In this document: positions 55,387 through 64,000 of the stretch, piece after piece
Layout of the letters: each line of letters begins with the position of its first letter
How positions within the stretch are numbered: position 1 is the first letter of the stretch
From: a virus
Virus record (IMG/VR): IMGVR_UViG_3300048858_000017
Coordinates: 630 to 64,629 of that record
Length of the DNA stretch: 64,000 nucleotides
Direction: 5' to 3' (one strand)
Position numbers and translations under genes: made by a program
The notes under the pieces: model-generated
The model's database searches: none
What the model was told of the DNA's origin: nothing
Seen by the model: the letters and a program-made list of their open reading frames with translations, nothing else

Positions 55387-56582
55387 GCCGGTGCCTTCTC
55401 CGCTGCCTTGCGGGCGGCCCACGCCTCCCCGCGATATTTAAACCCTTGGACGGCCCTGAAATGCCCCCCGTACCCTGCAACCCCCGTCTCGAAATTGCCC
55501 TCGATCAAGCGGGCGCTGTCCGTGGTGCGGGCCGACTTTTTGAGCGACTTCACCGAGGTGGCGCGCCGGTTGCCATGCAGGACCGCGCTGACCTGCTCCC
55601 ACCGGGGGTCACGGCGCAACGCGGCGCAGAGGCCCGGGTGGGAGGTGTGGAAGAACCCGCACTTGACCCGGTCGCCGAACTGCCCCTGACCGCTGACCTC
55701 GCGCTCCATGACCCAGTTCAGGAACTTCATGCCGACGCCCGCCCCCTGCCACTCCGGCATGATGACCATGCGGCAGCCGCGGACGCCGCCGGTGTTGAGG
55801 CGGGGCGCGATCCCGAGGTGGGCCACCGGCTCCCCGTCGACGAACGCGACGAAGTAGCGGCAGGCCACCATGCGGGGCAGCTTCAGATAGTGATGCGGCT
55901 CAAAGAGGTCCCAGTAGGAGCCGTCGACCTGCCGAATTTCAAGTTCGATAGGAGGGCGTCGTCGAAGACGCCTCCCTGCGGCATCCCGCTCGAACACGCC
56001 CGTAGCCGTGTCAAAAATCCAGTCCGGTTCCAGCCAGTCGAGGACGTCGTAATGGCAGGACAGCAGCACGGCCTTCCCGCTGGTGCGCCGCCACGCCTTC
56101 TGGAACGCGAGCGCCCCGATCTTGGCGATCTGGCGGTCGACGACGGACGTGAACTCGTCGATGACCACTGCGGCCGGCTCCTCAGCGACGATGCGGGCCA
56201 GTTCGGCGCGGAACTTCTCGCCGTTCGACAGGACCCCATAGGGGCGCAGCCACGACGGGACCGACCCCAGCCCGACCGCTGACAGCGCGGCGGTGACGGC
56301 GTTGAAGTCGCCCCCGGGCGCGATGGCGTCCACGATCGGGGCGTCGTCGGGCCACTCCCCACCCGTCCACAGCGCGCCTTCCCCGAGGATCGACTTGCCG
56401 AGCGATGTCTTGCCAGAGCCGGAGGGTCCGACGACGACCCCGACCTTCCAGCCGTCGTCATCGATGTCAAGGTCGGCGTCCAGATCGAACGCCTGCCCCG
56501 ACTCGGCGTTGAACAGGCTCTGCACCCGGGCAGCGCGATAGCTGGCGTAGTGCGGGCAACGGTTACGGATTTCGATATGCAT
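55383..56582 (-). CDS. ABC-type ATPase fused to Mom-like GNAT acyltransferase
   Basis: Walker A GPSGSGKT, signature LSNGE, Walker B VVIDEF; FEPHHYL and RMVIMPEWQGAGVG (GNAT motif A). Confidence 0.88.
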   Translation of the reverse strand: MHIEIRNRCPHYASYRAARVQSLFNAESGQAFDLDADLDIDDDGWKVGVVVGPSGSGKTSLGKSILGEGALWTGGEWPDDAPIVDAIAPGGDFNAVTAALSAVGLGSVPSWLRPYGVLSNGEKFRAELARIVAEEPAAVVIDEFTSVVDRQIAKIGALAFQKAWRRTSGKAVLLSCHYDVLDWLEPDWIFDTATGVFERDAAGRRLRRRPPIELEIRQVDGSYWDLFEPHHYLKLPRMVACRYFVAFVDGEPVAHLGIAPRLNTGGVRGCRMVIMPEWQGAGVGMKFLNWVMEREVSGQGQFGDRVKCGFFHTSHPGLCAALRRDPRWEQVSAVLHGNRRATSVKSLKKSARTTDSARLIEGNFETGVAGYGGHFRAVQGFKYRGEAWAARKAAEKAPA

Positions 56583-56616
56583 GCGGCCTCCGGGTCGGCG
56601 ACATACCCCAGATGCG

Positions 56617-56651
56617 AAAGACCCGCCAGCCCGGGGCGGGGCTGGCGGGTC
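56617..56651 (-). terminator. Perfect 12-bp hairpin (attenuator/terminator-like) upstream of the GNAT gene
   Basis: GACCCGCCAGCC/GGCTGGCGGGTC followed by TTT on the minus strand. Confidence 0.5.
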
Positions 56652-56713
56652 CATCAGGGAGGTGCCTGACGTCGGGGGGGTGACGCCGGGCGACTCGTGT
56701 CATAGCACCGGGG

Positions 56714-57355
56714 TCAGACGACCACCACCTTGACGTTGTCGGCCCCATAGGTCTGGCGCAGGGCGTTGAAGCAGGCCTCCTGTGCCGCCTCGTCGGCGCA
56801 GCGGACGATGACGGCGAACTGGTCGACATGCTCATAGGTGCTGTCGGCATCGGTGCCCTGCCCGCGGGCCTTTGCCGGGGCCTCCCCTTCCTCGGGGGTG
56901 CCGATCAGCTGCTCGATCGCGTCGGCACCGAACCCGAGCGGGGCCATGTCGAAGTCGACGCCGGCGAGCGCGTCCAGTTCCCCAGTCAGGATGCCGATAT
57001 CCCACCCGGCGTTCTCGGCGATGCGGTTGTCGGCGAGCGCATAGGCCCGGCGCTCCTCCTCGGTCCAGCCGGTGCAGTCGATCACCGGCATCGTGCCGTC
57101 GGGGATCATGTGGCCGCCGCGCTCCTTGCCGGGGGCCATGTAGATGCGCTCGCCCGCGGCGTAGATCAGCTGCGCGGCGCGCTGCCTGCCATGCCCGGCG
57201 CGGATCAGTTCGTCGGCGAGAGCAGGGGCGGTCCAGCCGAAGCGGCGGATCGAAGTAGCGATCTCCTCGACCTGCGCGTCGCTATGCGTCCGGGCATTGC
57301 GGGGGTCGGGGACCAGGTCGTCGACCTTGCGGAACTGAATGGTGGGCTTCGGCAT
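56714..57355 (-). CDS. ParB/Srx-like N-terminal domain protein
   Basis: DLVPDPRNARTHSDAQVEEIATSIRRFGW...AGHGR...YALADNRIAE. Confidence 0.88.
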   Translation of the reverse strand: MPKPTIQFRKVDDLVPDPRNARTHSDAQVEEIATSIRRFGWTAPALADELIRAGHGRQRAAQLIYAAGERIYMAPGKERGGHMIPDGTMPVIDCTGWTEEERRAYALADNRIAENAGWDIGILTGELDALAGVDFDMAPLGFGADAIEQLIGTPEEGEAPAKARGQGTDADSTYEHVDQFAVIVRCADEAAQEACFNALRQTYGADNVKVVVV

Positions 57356-60300
57356 CAGGTCGGCGTCCTCTCGGCGATGTATGCGGCCAGCCGTTCCCCG
57401 GCGTCAGGAACGCGGAGGAAGGCGAGCAGGTGGGTGTTCAGTTCGAGGTCGTGGGCGTCGCATAGCGCGTACCAGCCGAGCCGGCCGATAGCACAGGGCC
57501 GGAGCGACCACTGCGCCGTCGCCGGGGCACCGCAGTGCACGCAGCTGACGCGGCGCAGTCCCGCGACGGTGTAGGGCTTCGTCCTCACCGGACCCAGCCC
57601 TCCCGCCGGGCCAGATCATCGCAGCGCTCGATGCAGGCCGCGATCACGGTGGCGAAGCTGTCATCGTTCAGAACGGCCTCGCAGTAGCAGCGGCGACCGC
57701 CCCCGTGTGGATAGATCGCGTCGACGCGGGCGGCCGGCTTGCCGGAGGCATCAGTGATCCGGCGAGCGGCATAGACCGGCTCGGCGTCCTCCGGCGGGGC
57801 CTCGGCCTGCAGATGGACGACGGGGTGTTCGTGCCCGGCGATGCCGAGGACCAGCTTGCCCCCGCCCAGTTGCAGCAGGGCCTCGGTCTGGTCGAGTTCC
57901 CATGCCGACCGCATGTAGTGGATGCCGCCCATGATCTCGCGGCGAATGAAGAGGCCGCCGCAGTGGCCGTGCTTTTCGGGGTCCCAGTCGCGGGGCGCAC
58001 CCAGAGGCTTGGGGTCTGCCCCCTCGATCCTGACGGTTCTCATGAGACGCCGGCATACCGCCGCGCCGGCCCGCGCGCTAGAGGACGGCGCGTCCGATCG
58101 GGCCGACGGCACTGTCGAGGAGGCGGGCCAGCGCCCGGAGCGTCAGGATCGGGTTCGCCCCGAAATGCCGCTGGACCTGACCGTAGGGGTCGGGGTCGCC
58201 CGTCATCAGCCAGCGCTGCAACCGGTTGACCAGATGCTCCTCGTCCTGTTGCTCCTGCGGGGCATCGCACAGCGGCACGTCGCCGTTGCCGTCGTGGATT
58301 GCGTAGCTGAACGGCTGGCCGATCGCATCAGCGACGAAGTGGTGGGTCAGGTCATGCTCGGTGATGTAGCGCCACCAGTCGGAGCCGTAACCCATCTCGC
58401 GCGCGGCGGCCCCGCCATCGCTGGGGTCATGGACCCACATCTGGTTCGTGACGCCGTCGGCGAATACGGAGGTGTTCACCCCCTGCCCCAGCACCATCAC
58501 GGCGGTGCTGAACTGAACCGCGCGCGGGGTCATCGCCGTCCCCGCCGGCCAGCCCGGCGCAGGCCCCGCGGGATGCGGTATGTAATCACCGAGCCGTCCC
58601 CGCATCGCATCACCATGTCGTCAGGAATCGGGATCGGGTCGTTGCGCAGCGCCTCGATCTCGTCGGCCTCTCGCTTGGCGCGAAAGCAGGGGCCGCAGAA
58701 GTCGCCGGGCTTCCACCGGGCCGCGACCCTGTGGCCGGCCTCGCAGACTTTGACCGCGGTCTTGGGGATGGTGCGGGGCTTAGGTCCCGCCGTCTTCGTC
58801 GTCGCCATCAGCGGAGAGCAGCACGAGCGGCTCTAGCGCGTCAAGCGCGGTGGTGATCCAGATGTTCTCGTAGCCGGTGCGAACAGACCAGGCGGTATTC
58901 GCCCAGGCTGATCCTTTTCGGTCGAGTTGGCGGGCAAAGGCCTCGCGGGCCAGTTCTCGGGCGCGTGTCACGGCCGGCGCTCTACCACTGGGTCGATATC
59001 CCCGTCGAGGCCGAGGTCGCGCATCAGGTTCCGCATCGGCGTCGCCCGCAGGCGCGCCTCTTCCGGCGTCAGCAGGCCCCGGTTCCACTGGTCGATCAGC
59101 ATCCCGCGCTCGTCGACGAACTCGCGGATGCGGGCGGTCTGCTCCGGTGTGGCCGGCCAGTAGCCTTGCGGGGCCAGACCGCGGATCGGGTAGCCGATCT
59201 TCGTCCCTGTCATGCCGTTGCCGGTGATCCAGCGCAGGCCGACCATGTCACCCTTGATCGGGTCGGTCTGGCCCGCGACCGGGTCAAACCAGCGGTCGGT
59301 GCACAGCGCCAGCGTGACGTAGCGCCGGGTGGTGACCACCTCGCGGGTGTCGTCGTTCGCCACCGGGGGCAGGCCGGCAAGGCGCAGCGGCTGTTCATAG
59401 CGAACGCTGTGCGACTTGCCCTTGAGGATCAGGCCGTCGCCCACCTTGAGGTCGGGGAAGCGGAGGGCGCGAGCCGGCTTGCGCTTCGGCTTTCGCTCGG
59501 CCTGGACGAACCGCGTGCCCTCGGCGTCATGGATGACCGTCCACCCGGGCTGACCGTAGCGGGGGTCGCGCTCCCACCACCACGTCATAGCAGCGATCCC
59601 TGCTTCTGTGGTGCCTGATCCCGGGCGGCCGGTGCCGGCGAGGCCAGTAAGGTGTCATCCGGCAGAGGCGAGGCAAGCTTGTCGCAGGGGCCGCACCTCC
59701 ACGGGGTGCCGGGCTTGCCGCCGTCTTGGCTGAACGTTGGATGCCGCTTGCCGCAGTCGGCGCAACGGGCCGGTTTCCACGACTTCATACGGGGTGCCGG
59801 CATCACGCCTGCTCGACATCATGCCAGCGTCCCCGGCGGTCGATGTCACGGATCGCCCACCCCGGGAACTCGGTCGTTATGACCACGCTGACGCCATCAA
59901 TCTCCGGGTTGGTCTCGTCTCGAAGTGACTTCTGATCGGCATATATCGCGACCAGAGCGGAGGCACCGACCAGGACCGCACGCTCGCGCCCTCGGGGCGG
60001 TGGACAGGCAGCATTGAGCGCGGCGCGTATCTCGGTCATTGCGGTCACAGGCCTGCCCTCCTCAGTTCCTCTTCCAGCCCCGGCGGCAGCCCGGGGCTAT
60101 CGCCGATCCGGTCCCCGGCAGCAATGCGGACGCATCGCACCCAGATCAGCTGCAGCAGCCGTTCCGTCCTGACGATCGCGATGCGCTGTGGCGAGCCGGG
60201 CGGCAGTTCCCAGAACGACTGCACCCGGGCCTTGCGGAGGCGGCGCTTCCACAGCCGGGTCACCGCGGAGCGCCGGGTCTTGAGGGCGCGAGGCACCCGA

Positions 60301-62760
60301 GGCCAGTGGGTGCCGCAGAGCCAGCCCGGGTCGTTCGTGCCGGTGTTCAGCCAGCGCCATTCCGGGCGGTTCTCGATCGTGGTGGTGCTCCTGTGGCAGC
60401 CGGCGACGGCGCAGCTGACGCGGGGGTGGCCGCTACCCACGGGCCGCACCACAAGCCGGACACTTCGGCACCGTGAGACGCGCATGATCGAGCGTGCAGC
60501 GGTGCGCCTCGGCCATCCGCACCGCCTCGGCGCGGTCGGCATCCTCCATCATCTCGGCCGCCTCGGTGTAGGCCTCGGCAAGGCAGGTCAGGACGCCGGT
60601 AGGGTCGCCCATCTGCTCGGCCCGGTTGCCGATCGTCTCGCCGAGGATGCGGGCCGCCCGGGCATGGTCGGTCAGGGCCATCACCGATCCCAGTCGGTCA
60701 GGGCTTGTCGGCCGAGGTCGGTTATCACCCATCGGGAGGGGTCCGGCTGCTTAGACGCGACCCGGATCAGGCGGGCACGCAGGGCGGCGGCGCGGACGGG
60801 GGTGTCGACAGCGGTGATAGGTTCCCCGGCTTCCTCGCCGAGGCTGACCTCGCGAAGCAGCAGGCCGACGTCATGTGCGATCATGCGGCGTCCTCGCCAT
60901 GCGCACCCCGGGCGGCTGCAAAAGCCTCGAGAAAAGTCAGGCCATAGCCGAGCGCGTCCTTGGTCTCGTCGGGCGGGCGCAGGTCGAGGGCTCCCCGGGG
61001 CAGCCGGACGAGGTAGGGCTTGGGGCAGTTCGGGTTGTGCTGCACGGCATAGGTGAGCCCGTCGGCGACGCTGCTGTCGCGCAGGCCCCTGTCATAGCCG
61101 ACCTGCTCGGCCGCGATCAGTGCCGCGGCATGCCGCGACCCGACCGCCTGCCACGTCCGCAGGGCCTCCGCGTTCTCGTCGTGCAGGGCGCAGGTCGCCT
61201 TGAACAGCGCCTCCTCGGTATCGCGCAGCGCCTTGAGCAGTCCGCCCTCGGCACCCTTGATCCGGCAGGCCGGCTCGCAGTCCTCGTCGACTCCGAAGTG
61301 GGCGGCGGCGGCGCGGCGGTCGGTGAACGTCTCGTCGCAGAAGTAGCACCGCCACTCCGGGGGCCGTTCAGCATTGACCTTGCCTGCGTCGAGCAGGGCC
61401 TCCCCGATGCGGTCGATGTTGAACGTGCCGTCGAGCGTGACGCGATCGGTGCCGAGGTCGGTGTCGACCCACCCGATATCGCCCTTGTTGTCGTCGCTGT
61501 TCAGCTGCGCGCGCATCTCGGTCACGATGACCGCCGCGATCTGTTCCTGTGGGGTCATATCCAGTTCTCCCGTTCGGCTTGAGCGATCAGCCGGTCTCGT
61601 ATGGTGGCGGTCGACGCGCCTTTTTCCAGCGCCTCCAAGGTGCGCGAGACGGATGCTATCAGATCGTCGAGGCGGGCAGCCAGGTCGGCCGGAACCTCAG
61701 CCGTGCTTGCAGTCAGCACCGGCGCGATACGCCTAGCGGCATCCCCGATAGCGTCAGGCCGGCGCATGTAAGGCGACAGCATAGCCAGCACCTCGTCCGG
61801 GGTAGGCCTAAGCCAGAACGCCGACGGCACGTCATGCCAGAGCCGGCGATGCTCCCGCTCCCAGATGCTCACAGCGCTCTGCGCTCAAGGGCACGCCGCA
61901 GGGCCGCGGCATGGGCGAAAGACGGGGACCAGCTGCGCATCGCCGCCCGCAGTTGTGCCTCCCGGCGGGGGACACTCCGCATAGCGTCACCGTAGGACTG
62001 CAGGGCGGCGAAAGCGTCAGGCCGAAAGGTCATCACGCCCGGGGCGGTGTAGCCGCCATCCCTGACGCCCCACCCGAAGCGGTTGAGCAGCTTGCGGATC
62101 ACGGACAGCACCTTGGGGAGCCACCGCAATAGGCCATGTCCTGGTCGAAGTCCTCCGGCTCGCACTCGGCCGGCATTGCGCGCTCGCATACGCGGCACTC
62201 ACACATGAGCACGCCGTCGCGCTCCCATAGGCCCTCGGGAAGTTCCGGCGGGGGCGGGACGTATATTACCGGCCGGCCGCGCATGACGGGAGCGGGCACG
62301 GTCACGTCTGCCGGCCAGCACCCAAGCGTGGCGCAACGCGGGCACTTGGCGGCCTTGAGCGTCGGACCCCGCCCGGTCCATCCATGTCGAACAAACACGC
62401 TGGCGGCATCCTCGTCGCTGATCTGATCCCACGGCTCGATCGCCGATCCGGCAATGACCTGCGACTGGGGGCAACGGGTACATTCAAGCCAGATACCCCG
62501 AGGGCCTCCGAAGGCGTTGCCTGCGGTGGCGACGGCGTAGGACTGGCGGGCGAGCGTGGCGGCGGCGAGCGTGGCCGTGATCTGCTCCGGCGTGATCATG
62601 ACCGGCTGTCCCACCAGCGGCTGACTCGGGTCGACAGGACGGCCAACACATCATCCGCGATGCCGCGGCCGAGGCCCCAGCCGAAGCCGACCGCGCCCGC
62701 GATCCACGCGATGTTCGCGGTCTGGTGCCATGTCAGGTGTTCAAGCATCGCGCCCCTCCC
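57355..62760 (-). other. Dense cluster of about 15 small hypothetical ORFs, several Cys/Zn-rich
   Basis: Chain of overlapping minus-strand ORFs, e.g. 57355-57588, 58530-58808, 58968-59588, 59803-60048, 60881-61558, 61555-61872. Confidence 0.65.
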
Positions 62761-63433
62761 GTGCGGGCTGGAGGGCGGCGTAGGCGTCGCACGCCGATTG
62801 TTCCTGCTCTGCAAAGTCTCCCTTGGCGTACCCATCAGGATATCCAGCCGTTAGGATGCCTGCCTTGAACCCAGCCCTAAAGGCCTCCCGCCCCGCCTGT
62901 TGCGAGGCGCGCGGCATCGCGGCGAGGGCGGACACCACATCTCGAAAGAGAAAGCGATGCCCGGAAAGCCAAGCGCTGATCCCACGGTTGGCGAGTGCCT
63001 CGCCGATCAAACGATCAACCTCTTGGTCAGGCCCGCTGAGTTCGTCATACGGCAAGAGCCAGCTCGGCTTGCAATTTGGCTGAGCAGCGGCCCACTTGAC
63101 CCAAACCTCGCGCACCAGTCGGCCGAGGCTGTCACGGCTGGATCGACGATCCCGCGGATCATCAAGGGCGGCTTGTAGCGCCTCGCGCAGCCGCTCGACA
63201 TCCCCCGCCCCCTGCGCCTCTGCGGGCTGGGTGGCGCGGGTGTTCCACGCCTTAGCCGCATCTCCGGTCAGGCCGAAGGCGGTTTGATACTCTCCCGCGC
63301 TCGTATCGCATTCTTGGCAAAAGACTTGGCCGACCGACGATCCGGCCTCGCAAGGCACGAACGCAGCCTGCCCGCCACAAAACGGGCACGGCTTCAGCAC
63401 TTCCACCGCGCTTTCGGGTTGTTCGGAGGTCAT
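62741..63433 (-). CDS. Lar-family restriction-alleviation domain protein with C-terminal extension
   Basis: LKPCPFCGG...VFCQEC...AAKAWNTRA. Confidence 0.7.
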   Translation of the reverse strand: MTSEQPESAVEVLKPCPFCGGQAAFVPCEAGSSVGQVFCQECDTSAGEYQTAFGLTGDAAKAWNTRATQPAEAQGAGDVERLREALQAALDDPRDRRSSRDSLGRLVREVWVKWAAAQPNCKPSWLLPYDELSGPDQEVDRLIGEALANRGISAWLSGHRFLFRDVVSALAAMPRASQQAGREAFRAGFKAGILTAGYPDGYAKGDFAEQEQSACDAYAALQPAREGRDA

Positions 63434-63588
63434 CGTGCGGGGTCCTCATCTGGGGAGTGCAGAAGCTGAGCCCGCAACTCCGGATTGCAGGGTTCGCCGT
63501 TGCAGCAGGTGGTGCAATGCTCGGCGTAGATGCCGATTGCGATCAGGCCGAGGATGATCGCGAGGCCAGCGCAGACGAATGCTTTCAT
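63430..63588 (-). CDS. Small membrane protein with Cys-rich tail
   Basis: Manual ORF MKAFVCAGLAIILGLIAIGIYAEHCTTCCNGEPC; flanked by 17-bp direct repeats. Confidence 0.6.
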   Translation of the reverse strand: MKAFVCAGLAIILGLIAIGIYAEHCTTCCNGEPCNPELRAQLLHSPDEDPAR

Positions 63589-63833
63589 CGTGCGGGGTCC
63601 TTGGGTTGGAGGTGGGCGCGGACCTGAAGGCCGAGATTGGAAAGATAGCTGCTCGTGATACAGGCGGTCTTTCGCTCGGTAAGAAGCCCTGCGTCCTCAA
63701 GCTCTTTCCAGACGGGCTGGGCGGTCATGAACGAAACCCTAGTCCCGCCTGAAACCATCTTTGTGCTGCTGCGGACTGCATCGGCTGCTGGGGCGCTGAG
63801 AGTGTCCGCGATCTTCTCGACCTCGCTCATTGC
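63585..63833 (-). CDS. Hypothetical protein
   Basis: Packed ORF; ATGA overlap with the next gene. Confidence 0.55.
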   Translation of the reverse strand, partial: AMSEVEKIADTLSAPAADAVRSSTKMVSGGTRVSFMTAQPVWKELEDAGLLTERKTACITSSYLSNLGLQVRAHLQPKDPAR

Positions 63834-64000
63834 GGGCATCAACCACACCCCGATTCGAAGGCCTCGCGCGGCGACATCGGCTGCCCGGTCGCAGAATTGC
63901 GGGGCGGCTGCGCCTGCTGGAGCGAGAACTCACCAGATGCGATCCGGGCGGCCCCGGCAGCGACACGGCGTTCGTTGTGCGGGCCGTCCGCCATGCTGTT

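Noticed and set aside
55383-56582. ABC transporter
   Set aside because: No permease nearby, and the ATPase is fused to a GNAT domain
56563-56703. Small ORF MTRVARRH between ParB and GNAT
   Set aside because: Overlaps the GNAT start and the hairpin, with no recognisable motif; treated as regulatory spacer
56714-57355. Plasmid-prophage partition system
   Set aside because: No ParA or centromere repeats; the protein is the ParB/Srx type usually tied to phage DNA-modification genes

Overview
Nearly the whole genome of a GC-rich, long-tailed (siphovirus-type) phage. The SSB sequence and promoter style suggest an alphaproteobacterial host, possibly Sphingomonadaceae. No integrase or classical CI repressor is visible. 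Two early operons diverge at about 5.1 kb. The leftward one carries a small HTH protein, GIY-YIG, an amino-methyltransferase, an acyl carrier protein, RusA, and a replication initiator with an internal iteron origin. The rightward one carries an AAA ATPase, a RecE-like nuclease, a DEDDh exonuclease, ERF, SSB, DUF5131, an HD protein, a C5-methyltransferase and DUF932. The late region runs on the minus strand from 54.2 kb to 25.6 kb: terminases, a tRNA(CAT), portal, head, tail with a -1 frameshift, tape measure, tail tip, tailspike and lysis genes. The strongest candidate for an undescribed system sits just upstream of terS: ParB-like protein, ABC-ATPase/Mom-like GNAT fusion, ALDH1L1-like formyltransferase and ASCH protein. 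It may work with the stand-alone ACP and the atypical tRNA(CAT) as a base acylation/formylation system. Other notable items are a three-gene cassette of signal-peptide beta-repeat proteins, a candidate sRNA, and repeated operator-like and nut-like motifs. All family calls come from motif recognition by eye; no database search was run.
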